Part shown: positions 29,193 through 37,829 of the stretch, piece after piece
Layout: each line of letters starts with the position of its first letter
How positions within the stretch are numbered: position 1 is the stretch's first letter
Sequence record: SRR31156797_9135
Strand: one strand, 5' to 3'
Length of the DNA: 37,829 nucleotides
Made by a program: the position numbers and the translations under genes
Notes under the pieces: generated by a model
Databases searched by the model: none
Told to the model about the DNA's origin: nothing
What the model saw: only the letters and a program-made list of their open reading frames with translations

Positions 29193-30045
29193 GCCATCTA
29201 CCAGATGCACCGCATGGCAATACCAGATTATTTGATGTAATTTCTATACCGATAGAATCTGATTCTACATTTCCTCCGTACAATGCACCTACTGTAATCT
29301 GCAGAATGTTGGTCAATACCTGAGGCTGTAATCCAGTGGTGTAGGAATTGATTAAGAAAAACAACGGATTATCAGTAAGCAATTGTGTACATAGTGATAC
29401 CAGCTCAAAGAGCATATCCTCGATCTTCCACGCCTCACCAGTAGGACCTCTGCCGTAGCTTGGAGGATCCATTATAATTGCATCGTATTTATTTTCTCTG
29501 CGGATTTCACGCTGTACGAACTTCATGCAGTCATCTACTATAAAGCGCACATCAGCATCCTCTAAGCCTGAAAGGCGAGCATTATCCTTTGCCCATTCCA
29601 CCATGCCTTTTGATGCATCTACATGTACTACGCTTGCTCCTGCATCTAGGCATGCTAGAGTAGCCCCACCTGTATATGCAAATAGATTAAGGACTTTGAT
29701 ATCTTTTTTACCATTTATTAAGCCTTTCATCCAGTCCCAGTTGACAGCCTGTTCAGGGAAAAGCCCTGTGTGCTTAAAGCCCATAGTACCGATTTTGTAT
29801 GTTAAGTTGCCTCGCTTAATAAGCCAAGTATCAGGCAGTTCACGATTATAATCCCACTGACCACCGCCTTTATTTGAGCGACGATATACGGCATCAATTT
29901 TTGCCCATGCTTCACTTGTCTTTGAATATGGCCATATGGCCTGAGGATCAGGGCGAAGCAAGTATTTATCGCCCCAACGTTCTAATTTCTTTCCTTGTCC
30001 TGCGTCGATTAACTCAAAATCGATCCAGTTCTTTGCTATCCACAT
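29185..30045 (-). CDS. Class I SAM-dependent methyltransferase (RlmI/RlmK-like)
   Basis: HTGLFPEQ, VLNLFAYTGG, IIMDPPSYG. Confidence 0.9.
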   Translation of the reverse strand: MWIAKNWIDFELIDAGQGKKLERWGDKYLLRPDPQAIWPYSKTSEAWAKIDAVYRRSNKGGGQWDYNRELPDTWLIKRGNLTYKIGTMGFKHTGLFPEQAVNWDWMKGLINGKKDIKVLNLFAYTGGATLACLDAGASVVHVDASKGMVEWAKDNARLSGLEDADVRFIVDDCMKFVQREIRRENKYDAIIMDPPSYGRGPTGEAWKIEDMLFELVSLCTQLLTDNPLFFLINSYTTGLQPQVLTNILQITVGALYGGNVESDSIGIEITSNNLVLPCGASGRWHG

Positions 30046-30074
30046 ATATGTTTATATTCTTTCCTTGTATTATA

Positions 30075-31724
30075 TTATTTACTAATTACTTCTAGAAGTC
30101 GTACAGATTCTTGATTATCCATTTCTGCACCTCTCTCCAAGTATTCTATCGCTTTATCAAGGTTCTTTTCCACTCCATCACCATAGTAATACATTTCGCC
30201 AGCGTAGTAAAGAGCATATGCGTTGTCTTGTTCAGCAGCTTTCTCGTATAATTCGAGTGCTTTTTCATAGTTTTGCTCTATACCATAACCATTATAGTAC
30301 AGATATCCTAGCGCACATTGTGCCCAATGCACATTCTGTTCAGAAGCCAATGTATACCAAGTGGCAGCCTCTGTATAATTTTGTTCTACACCTAAACCAT
30401 CACGATATAAATCACCTAATCCGCACTGAGCAAATCCATTGTTCTGTTCTGCTGATTTTAGATACCAATTCAAAGCTTCTCCATAATTTTGTTCTACACC
30501 TTGTCCATATCTATATAAGTCAGCTAAACCACACTGTGCCCACTCCAAACCATGTTCTGCTGCTAATTTATACCATTTATACGCTTCCTCATAGTCCTGC
30601 TCTACACCCTGACCATAACGATATAAATCACCTAGTGCACAGTGAGCATATGGATTATGCTGCTCTTCTGACTTAAAATACCAATCTAGAGCTTTGCTGT
30701 AATCCTGCTCTACACCCTGGCCATAACGATATAAATCACCCAAAGCACATTGTGCCCATGCTTCGTCCTGCTCTGCTGCCAAAGTGTACCATTCAATAGC
30801 ATCGCTATAGCTCTGTTCCAAGCCATAACCATAGCGGTACATATCACCAATAGCAGCCTGTGCCTGTGGATTATCAGGTATTTCCTTTAATAATGTATAA
30901 GCTCTTAGATATTCAGTTTCATCCATTAGTGCTGTTGCTTCAGCTACTATTTCTTTCTCTTCAGATTCAGATAACACTGTAGTTTCAAAGGTAGCTTCTA
31001 TTTCAGTTGTAGGTGAAGGTGTAATCTCTACAGTTTCAACTGGTGTGGATGAAGCTGATGTTTCTTCTGGAGGTGCAGTCAGTTCAATTGATACACCATC
31101 TGTCTTATTAGTAAAAGGTGTACCAAATATATATGTGTAGAGACTCAGAAGTACTGTGAAAATCGATATTATAGCAAAAATAATAAGAGTGGATTTTTTG
31201 CTAACTTTCTTTGGCTTTGTTTCTAAACCGCCATATATTTCTTCCATTATTACTTCATTTATTTTGCTTCTTGTGTAAAACTTTACGGCATGAAAATCCT
31301 TTAACCTTTCGATGTCTTTCGGTAATTGAACTCCTTTAATTTCAACATCTTCTTCACACAGTATTACAATATTTTTATACAATTTAAGAGCTAAACGAAC
31401 TTCTTGTCTTATCCAGTCATTTTCATACTCTATGCATTTATCTAGAGCTCCTTTTGACAGAATGAAAACAAAATCCTTGCATGCTGCCATATTTAATCCT
31501 ATTTGCTTAGCAAATTTACCAGTATGCATAGTTTCATCTGCCATGAAAACAGAATAACCTTTTTTTGTGAGCAAATCATATGCCAATTTTGCATGCATTT
31601 TGCCACCGTCTGTTCTGTAAGAGATAAAGATATCACATTCTTCTTTCCACCTTCTTAACAATCCAATAATCAATCCAATAATAAAAGTACAAGTTGCGGT
31701 AATTAGTAACATAATTAGTTTCAT
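30075..31724 (-). CDS. Membrane protein: TM - TIR (SARM1-like) - TM - S/T/P/E linker - 7 Sel1 repeats
   Basis: DIFISYR, GYSVF, GKF, FVFILSKGALDKC, DWIRQEV, KNIV, LPKDI; TM about aa 3-23 and 180-201; Sel1 repeats aa 285-536. Confidence 0.9.
   Translation of the reverse strand: MKLIMLLITATCTFIIGLIIGLLRRWKEECDIFISYRTDGGKMHAKLAYDLLTKKGYSVFMADETMHTGKFAKQIGLNMAACKDFVFILSKGALDKCIEYENDWIRQEVRLALKLYKNIVILCEEDVEIKGVQLPKDIERLKDFHAVKFYTRSKINEVIMEEIYGGLETKPKKVSKKSTLIIFAIISIFTVLLSLYTYIFGTPFTNKTDGVSIELTAPPEETSASSTPVETVEITPSPTTEIEATFETTVLSESEEKEIVAEATALMDETEYLRAYTLLKEIPDNPQAQAAIGDMYRYGYGLEQSYSDAIEWYTLAAEQDEAWAQCALGDLYRYGQGVEQDYSKALDWYFKSEEQHNPYAHCALGDLYRYGQGVEQDYEEAYKWYKLAAEHGLEWAQCGLADLYRYGQGVEQNYGEALNWYLKSAEQNNGFAQCGLGDLYRDGLGVEQNYTEAATWYTLASEQNVHWAQCALGYLYYNGYGIEQNYEKALELYEKAAEQDNAYALYYAGEMYYYGDGVEKNLDKAIEYLERGAEMDNQESVRLLEVISK
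30117..30872 (-). repeat. Seven 108-bp (36-aa) Sel1-like repeats
   Basis: AQCALGDLYRYGQGVEQ.Y..A..WY..A.EQ consensus. Confidence 0.93.
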
Positions 31725-31778
31725 TATTCTATCCCCTTAATATGTTTAGCTTAGCACCCTGTACCTATGAAAGTATTC

Positions 31779-34700
31779 CTATACCTTTTTTATTGTCATA
31801 TTAACAGTAGTGCCATTGATGTTCCATTCCTTGCTATAACCTTCAATTGCACCTTTTAATATACTGTCACACAGTGTTTCGCTAGCTATAATATCATGGT
31901 TATTGTCAAAGATTTCCTCTGCACCAATGTATGATAGCATGATATGATCCGTAATGTCAAATTCTGCATCTTTTCGCATTGTTTGGATTTTCGATACAAG
32001 TTCACGTACGAAACCTTCTTCGATTAGTTCAGGTGTCAGGTTAGTATCAAGTACTACGGTAACATCTCTTTCAGATTGGCTTACGAAGCCTTCCTTTTGA
32101 GTTGTTTCAATTAGTACATCATCCTTAGCCAGTTCGATTTCTTGACCGTCTACTGTGATTTTACCCAATTCTCCTGCATTTACCTTTGCTACAAATTCGC
32201 TTCCGTCAACCTCCAGCAGTGCCTGTTTGATTTTTGGAAGAATTCTGCCGTACTTTGGCCCTAATGTTCTCATCTGAGGTTTGATGATGTAGTCAACAAA
32301 GCTGGCAGCATCATCAGTCATCACAACATCTTTAACGTTTAATTCGTCTAATACCAGTTCTTTATACTCATGAGATAATTCTAAGCCCTGTACATACAGC
32401 CTTGGTGTTGGCTGGCGATTCTTTACATTTGCTACATTACGGCACGCACGACCTAATGTTACCGCTGTTAGCACGCTAGCCATATTATCCTCTAAATCAG
32501 TATCTACCCTTGTATCATCAGCTACTGGATAATCAGACATATGAACAGATATAGGAGCATTTTCATTTACCTTTGCAACTAAGTTCTGATATATGCTCTC
32601 AGCCATAAACGGTATAAATGGTGCTGACAGCTTTGCCATCTCTACCAGACATGTATACAAAGTCATATACGCATTTATCTTGTCCTGAGTCATATCCTTT
32701 CCCCAGTATCTTTCACGACCACGGCGGACATACCAGTTGGACAATTCATCTACAAAGTCAGTCATTGCTCTGGCTGATTCAGTTATTTTGTACTGTTCCA
32801 TATTAGTATCAACAGTTTTTACTAAAGTATTTAATCGTGACAGTGCCCATTTGTCCATTACTGACAGCTTATCATAATCCAAAGTATATTTCGTAGGATC
32901 AAAATCATCAATATTAGCATACAGTACATAAAATGCATAGGTGTTCCATAATGTACCCATGAATTTACGCTGACCCTCTCCTACTGCTTCGCCGGAGAAT
33001 CTAGTTGGAAGCCATGGTGAAGAGCTGACATAGAAGTACCATCTGACAGCATCAGAGCCATTAACATTTAGTACATCCCAAGGGTTAACAACATTGCCTA
33101 TGTGCTTACTCATCTTTTTGCCGTCCATATCGCAGACATGACCAAGAACCAAGCAGTTCTTAAATGGTGCAACGTCAAAGAGCAAAGTAGATATTGCAAG
33201 CAATGTGTAGAACCATCCACGAGTCTGGTCAACAGCTTCAGAGATAAAGTTTGCTGGGAAGTTCTCCTCGAATTTATCCTTGTTCTCAAAGGGGTAGTGC
33301 CACTGTGCAAATGGCATTGAGCCACTGTCGTACCAGCAGTCGATAACTGCTGTTTCACGAGTCATTTTACCGGAACACTTTGGACAGTTTAGCTTAACTT
33401 CATCAATGAAAGGCTTATGCAATTCTATATCAGGGTTCACATTGTCACCCATTTTTATTAATTCTTCACGAGAACCTATTACATGAATCTCACCGCAGTC
33501 ATCACATATCCAGACAGGTAGTGGTGTGCCCCAATATCTCTCACGGGATACACCCCAGTCGATGATATTTTCCAGCCAGTTACCCATTCTGCCTTCACCG
33601 ATAGTTTCAGGTATCCAGTTAACGGAGCGGTTATTTTCAATGAGTTTATCCTTTACAGCTGTTGTCTTGATAAACCATGAGTGACGTGGATAGTACAAAA
33701 GCGGAGTATCACATCTCCAGCAGAATGGATAACTGTGTTCGTAGTTATCTGCTCTGTGAAGCTGTCCACGCTTTTCCAATTCAATTAGAATTGGTTTATC
33801 AGCATCCTTAACAAATGTATTTGGCCAGGGCGTAGTTTCTATAAATTCACCCTGCTCATTTACTATCTGGTTGAAGCTTAGCTGCTCTCTTTGCAGTATG
33901 CGAGCGTCATCGTCACCAAATGGAGCAATGTGAACAATACCTGTACCATCTGTCAATGTAACATAGTAGTCGCACACAACTCTTGGAGTTTGATTATCCG
34001 GTGTTGCATGAGCATTTGGGAACAGCACTTCGTACTCTGTTCCTTCTAATTCTTTACCTGTGAATTTCTCTATAGTTTCATATTCTTCGCCGATTATATC
34101 TTCTAGCAATGCAGTTGCCATGATATAAGTATTACCGTCTTCAGCTTTTACTTTTGAGTATTCACTGTCCGGGTTAACACAAAGTGCTTGGTTAGATGGC
34201 AGTGTCCATGGAGTAGTCGTCCATGCGATAATATATGCATCTTCATCTTTTACCTTGAAGCGAACCATAGCTGATTTTTCCTTGACATCCTCGTAGCCTT
34301 GTGCTACTTCGTGGGATGAAAGAGCAGTACCGCAGCGAGGACAGTAAGGAACAACTTTGAATCCTTTATACAACAGACCTTTGTCAGCAATAGTCTTTAG
34401 TGACCACCAGACACTCTCGATGTAATTATCTTCATAGGTAACATATGGGTTCTCCATATCTGCCCAGAATGCAACTCGGTCAGACATTTCCTCCCATTCG
34501 CCTTTATATTTCCAAACGCTTTCTTTACATTTAGCGATAAATGGCTCAACGCCGTATTTCTCGATTTGTGGTTTACCGTTTAAGCCTAATAATTTTTCCA
34601 CTTCTAATTCAACCGGCAGACCGTGAGTATCCCAGCCAGCTTTACGCAAGACCTTCCTGCCCTTCATTGTGTAGTAGCGAGGCAATAAGTCCTTGAATGC

Positions 34701-34889
34701 ACGAGTTTCTACGTGACCAATATGAGGCTTACCGTTTGCTGTCGGCGGACCGTCATAGAATGAATATACTTTGCAGCCTTCTCTGTTCTCAATTGACTTA
34801 TTGAAGACATCATTTTCCTTCCAGAACTTAAGTATTTCCTTTTCCCTATCTACAAAATTTAGACTGGTACTTACCTTATCATATATCAT
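31779..34889 (-). CDS. ileS: Isoleucine--tRNA ligase (IleRS2 type)
   Basis: DGPPTANGKPHIGH, GWDTHGLPVE, WTTTPWTLP, DQTRGWFY, KMSKH; 1036 aa; upstream T-box with AUC specifier. Confidence 0.97.
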   Translation of the reverse strand: MIYDKVSTSLNFVDREKEILKFWKENDVFNKSIENREGCKVYSFYDGPPTANGKPHIGHVETRAFKDLLPRYYTMKGRKVLRKAGWDTHGLPVELEVEKLLGLNGKPQIEKYGVEPFIAKCKESVWKYKGEWEEMSDRVAFWADMENPYVTYEDNYIESVWWSLKTIADKGLLYKGFKVVPYCPRCGTALSSHEVAQGYEDVKEKSAMVRFKVKDEDAYIIAWTTTPWTLPSNQALCVNPDSEYSKVKAEDGNTYIMATALLEDIIGEEYETIEKFTGKELEGTEYEVLFPNAHATPDNQTPRVVCDYYVTLTDGTGIVHIAPFGDDDARILQREQLSFNQIVNEQGEFIETTPWPNTFVKDADKPILIELEKRGQLHRADNYEHSYPFCWRCDTPLLYYPRHSWFIKTTAVKDKLIENNRSVNWIPETIGEGRMGNWLENIIDWGVSRERYWGTPLPVWICDDCGEIHVIGSREELIKMGDNVNPDIELHKPFIDEVKLNCPKCSGKMTRETAVIDCWYDSGSMPFAQWHYPFENKDKFEENFPANFISEAVDQTRGWFYTLLAISTLLFDVAPFKNCLVLGHVCDMDGKKMSKHIGNVVNPWDVLNVNGSDAVRWYFYVSSSPWLPTRFSGEAVGEGQRKFMGTLWNTYAFYVLYANIDDFDPTKYTLDYDKLSVMDKWALSRLNTLVKTVDTNMEQYKITESARAMTDFVDELSNWYVRRGRERYWGKDMTQDKINAYMTLYTCLVEMAKLSAPFIPFMAESIYQNLVAKVNENAPISVHMSDYPVADDTRVDTDLEDNMASVLTAVTLGRACRNVANVKNRQPTPRLYVQGLELSHEYKELVLDELNVKDVVMTDDAASFVDYIIKPQMRTLGPKYGRILPKIKQALLEVDGSEFVAKVNAGELGKITVDGQEIELAKDDVLIETTQKEGFVSQSERDVTVVLDTNLTPELIEEGFVRELVSKIQTMRKDAEFDITDHIMLSYIGAEEIFDNNHDIIASETLCDSILKGAIEGYSKEWNINGTTVNMTIKKV

Positions 34890-34920
34890 TTTTTTACCAT
34901 TCCTTAATTAATTTTAAACT

Positions 34921-35160
34921 AAAAAACCTCTCTACTATCCACAGGATAATAAAGAGGACTCTATTACTATAACCACCTGCGCTGCCCGAATATCGGATAA
35001 CCCTGCCTTGGTAACGGCGACAAACCCGTCTTCGCTTACTAAATCTCTTGTTAGGCGAAAAAGCTAAAAGGTGATAATTATTAAATCTTGGTACAGACGT
35101 TTCAGCTGATGTCTGCTCTCTTTGACCAATAGAAATCAATAATATTGTCCTTTATCGTTG
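34921..35160 (-). promoter_or_regulatory. T-box leader (Ile, AUC specifier) with terminator; atypical antiterminator
   Basis: Minus strand: AGAGA and GCUGAAA stem I motifs, AUC at 35075-35073, stem II, CCGUUA, GGUGGU, terminator CCUCUUUAUUAUCC/GGAUAGUAGAGAGG plus U6. Confidence 0.85.
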
Positions 35161-35168
35161 CTAGAAAC

Positions 35169-35197
35169 ATTATATACAAATTATCTGCATTTTTCAA
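35169..35197 (-). promoter_or_regulatory. sigma70 promoter of the ileS leader
   Basis: Minus strand TTGAAA, 17 bp, TATAAT. Confidence 0.8.
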
Positions 35198-35399
35198 CTA
35201 AAAAATGTATTTGGTAAGCTATATTACATTACCTTAATATTTTTATCCCTTCTTTCTATACTATTTGATATAAAATAAAATTGTATAGACCCGTATTATA
35301 GCTATTGCTTTTTATATATGCAAACCTATACTAAATTTTCCCTTGCATTTGTTTGCATTCCTCCATCCCAACATTACAAAATAGTAAGCTTATATCCCA

Positions 35400-35428
35400 T
35401 TGACACTATATGTTATTAGTCTTATAAT
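35400..35428 (+). promoter_or_regulatory. Consensus sigma70 promoter of the MFS gene
   Basis: TTGACA, 17 bp, TATAAT. Confidence 0.85.
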
Positions 35429-35466
35429 CATATAGATTTATTAATCAAGGGGTTAGAATAAAAGAT

Positions 35467-36699
35467 ATGAACAAAAATAAACTCTGGAACAAAAACTTCA
35501 CCATTGCAACTATTGGCTCAGCAATATCAATGCTAGGAAATGCTGTTGCAATGTTTTCTATAGGTCTGCTAATATTAGATTATACAGGAAGTGTATTTCT
35601 GTATACTCTAACCATTGCAATGTATACTATCCCAAAGATATTTATGCCCTTTTTGTCTGGTCCTTTTCTAGACAGATTTTCTCGCAGAAAGGTGATATAT
35701 ATGCTGGACTTTTTTTCAGCAGTTATATACACACTTATTACATTAGCACTCATATTTGGTATATTCAATTACCCTATAGTACTTGCTCTTAGTATTATTA
35801 TTGGTTCAGTAGACAGTGTATATTTGATAGCATATGAGAGTTTGTATCCGCTTCTAGTACAGAAGGAACACTACCCAAAGGCTTACTCAATATCCACATT
35901 TCTAATGTCTGCTTCTCAGATAATGATACCTGTTGCTGTATTTGTATATGATAAGGTAGGTATTATACCACTTTTCGCATTCAATGCAGTAACTTTCCTC
36001 ATAGCTGCTATTTGTGAAACATTGATAAAAGTAGAAGAAGACCATATTGATCATTTGTCTGATAAATATAATATGAAGTCATACATGAGCGACTTTGTGG
36101 ATGGTCTAAAATATATTAAAGGGGAAAAAGGACTGCTGGCAATAACGATATTCTTTATGGTAATGTCATTTGCAGGATATATAAGCGGTACGTTGATGAT
36201 GCCATTCTTTAAGTCAAGTACTGACCTAGGTATAATTAAGTATATGTATGTAGGCGGAATGGCAATTGTAGGACGTATGATTGGAAGCGGTATTCAATAT
36301 AGACATAAACTGAAAGCTAACAGGAGATATAGTATAGCTTTTGCCGCATATATAATCGTATGCTTGTTTGAGGGATCATATATGTTTATGAGTGTCGGCA
36401 TTATGATGGCATTTATGTTGATTGTAGGTGTTTTCTCATCATTTTCTCACAACATCAGAATGTCTACTACGCAGCACTATGTTCCAAATGAAATGAGAGC
36501 AAGGTACAATGGTGCATTTCAGACACTATTTACACTAGGTGGTGCTCTAGGCGGACTAATTGGAGGTGCACTTGCAGAAGTGATAGAAATTCCTTATATT
36601 GTAGCAAGTGTATTTGCTCTAACTTTGATTAGTCTGTTTATTATAATAATTCCAAAAAGCAAGGAAATAAAGGAGATTTACAACACAGATTTTGATTAA
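35467..36699 (+). CDS. MFS transporter (probable efflux, DHA3-like)
   Basis: About 12 TM segments, motif A 'GPFLDRFSRRK', 'VPNEMRARYNG'. Confidence 0.88.
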   Translation: MNKNKLWNKNFTIATIGSAISMLGNAVAMFSIGLLILDYTGSVFLYTLTIAMYTIPKIFMPFLSGPFLDRFSRRKVIYMLDFFSAVIYTLITLALIFGIFNYPIVLALSIIIGSVDSVYLIAYESLYPLLVQKEHYPKAYSISTFLMSASQIMIPVAVFVYDKVGIIPLFAFNAVTFLIAAICETLIKVEEDHIDHLSDKYNMKSYMSDFVDGLKYIKGEKGLLAITIFFMVMSFAGYISGTLMMPFFKSSTDLGIIKYMYVGGMAIVGRMIGSGIQYRHKLKANRRYSIAFAAYIIVCLFEGSYMFMSVGIMMAFMLIVGVFSSFSHNIRMSTTQHYVPNEMRARYNGAFQTLFTLGGALGGLIGGALAEVIEIPYIVASVFALTLISLFIIIIPKSKEIKEIYNTDFD

Positions 36700-36779
36700 A
36701 AAAACATGTAATATTTGTGAATGTTAGGTGATGTAATAAATCTAAGTAAAAAGCTATAGAAAAAAGCTATAGAATACAA

Positions 36780-36808
36780 TTGACAATATAGTAAATTTTG
36801 TGTATTAT
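36780..36808 (+). promoter_or_regulatory. sigma70 promoter of the glyQS leader
   Basis: TTGACA, 17 bp, TATTAT with extended TG. Confidence 0.8.
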
Positions 36809-36824
36809 ATTTTCAACAATTTAA

Positions 36825-37020
36825 TAGTGCGTTGACTAGAGAAAATGTCGGCATTAATGGGTTATAGCGAGCTGCGGATGGTGTGAGTGCAGTACTTAGT
36901 TAGGCTGGTTGGGCACTCTATGAGCACATAGGTTTTATTAAGTGGGAGCAATTTGCTTCAAAAAGGGTGGAACCGCGAAAGTCAAGTCTTTCGTCCCTTT
37001 GTAGGGATGCAGGGCTTTTT
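36825..37020 (+). promoter_or_regulatory. T-box riboswitch (Gly, GGC specifier)
   Basis: AGCGA and GGUGUGAG stem I motifs, GGC at 36912-36914, T-box AAGGGTGGAACCGCG at 36963-36977, CGTCCC antiterminator arm, terminator plus T tract. Confidence 0.93.
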
Positions 37021-37094
37021 ATGTTTTATCGATGAATTAGCAATTAGCAAGGAAAGGCACTGTATCTAATCAAACTAGAAAGGTATAGATAATT

Positions 37095-37829
37095 ATGGCA
37101 GTTAAGAGCATGGACAAACTGGTGGCATTGTGCAAAAACAGAGGTTATATTTTTGCAGGCTCAGAGATCTACGGAGGACTGGCAAACACATGGGACTATG
37201 GCCCATTAGGAGTGGAATTCAAAAACAATGTAAAGGCAGCATGGAGGAAGAAATTCGTTCAGGAGTGCCCTTATAACGTTGGTATTGATACAGCAATATT
37301 GATGAATCCCGAAGCATGGGTAGCATCTGGACACCTAGGAAACTTTGGCGATCCATTGATGGATTGTAAGCAGTGCAAATCCCGTCACAGAGCAGATAAT
37401 ATAATAGAGGATTTCTGTAAGGAAAGAGGCGAAGACATAGCTGTTGACGGTATGAGTAACGAGGCTATGGAGGAATTCATTAAAGAAAACAATGTACAGT
37501 GCCCAGAGTGCGGTGCATGTGACTTTACGAGTATTCGTCAGTTTAACCTGATGTTTAAGACATTTCAAGGTGTTACAGAGGACACTGCTAATGAGATTTA
37601 TCTGCGTCCTGAAACAGCACAAGGAATATTCGTTAACTTTAAAAATGTTCAGAGAACATCTCGTAAGAGAGTCCCTTTTGGTATTGCACAAATCGGTAAA
37701 TCATTCCGTAATGAAATAACACCAGGTAATTTTACATTCAGAACTCGTGAATTTGAGCAAATGGAATTAGAATTTTTCTGCAAAGGCGGTACAGACCTAG
37801 AATGGTTTAACTACTGGAAAGAATTCTGT
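37095..37829 (+). CDS. glyQS: Glycine--tRNA ligase, alpha2 type (3' truncated; missing from ORF track)
   Basis: [39 protein letters not shown]...YLRPETAQG...[20 protein letters not shown]; Gly T-box upstream. Confidence 0.97.
   Translation, partial: MAVKSMDKLVALCKNRGYIFAGSEIYGGLANTWDYGPLGVEFKNNVKAAWRKKFVQECPYNVGIDTAILMNPEAWVASGHLGNFGDPLMDCKQCKSRHRADNIIEDFCKERGEDIAVDGMSNEAMEEFIKENNVQCPECGACDFTSIRQFNLMFKTFQGVTEDTANEIYLRPETAQGIFVNFKNVQRTSRKRVPFGIAQIGKSFRNEITPGNFTFRTREFEQMELEFFCKGGTDLEWFNYWKEFC

Noticed and set aside
845-33358. Numerous short antisense or overlapping ORFs (e.g. 845-1342, 2637-2909, 3645-4007, 13576-13917, 30218-30676)
   Set aside because: All overlap well-supported genes and show no recognisable motifs
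31779-34889. IleRS2 as an acquired mupirocin-resistance gene
   Set aside because: IleRS2 is the usual housekeeping type in many Clostridia; canonical HIGH motif, native T-box and no mobile context
34894-35139. 81-aa ORF upstream of ileS
   Set aside because: It lies over the T-box leader and terminator and has no protein-like features
37335-37691. 118-aa minus-strand ORF
   Set aside because: Antisense shadow of glyQS, which the ORF track missed because it runs off the window

Overview
AT-rich bacterial chromosome segment, most likely from Clostridia (IleRS2-type ileS and alpha2-type glyQS, both with T-box leaders; recJ-rel-dtd-hemZ and smc-ftsY clusters). It is mostly housekeeping: smc (3' end), ftsY, lon, engB, pyrH, tsf, rpsB, typA, recJ, rel, dtd, hemZ, ileS and glyQS (5' end, absent from the ORF track). 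Single accessory genes are scattered among these. The most notable are: (1) a two-TM membrane protein with a cytoplasmic SARM1-like TIR domain (candidate catalytic Glu present) and seven predicted extracellular Sel1 repeats, a receptor-like layout placed directly after ileS; (2) an unexplained tandem pair of ~110-nt structured non-coding elements with compensatory base changes, behind a near-consensus sigma70 promoter upstream of dgkA; (3) a HEPN-like (RxxxxH)-CBS fusion; (4) a DUF5685 / J-domain-Cys-tail / membrane-protein trio; (5) an Ile T-box with a degenerate antiterminator; (6) a phospholipase C-like protein that appears to have lost most of its Zn ligands. I found no CRISPR array, rRNA, tRNA, transposase or integrase. 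All family calls come from recognising motifs by eye, not from database searches.
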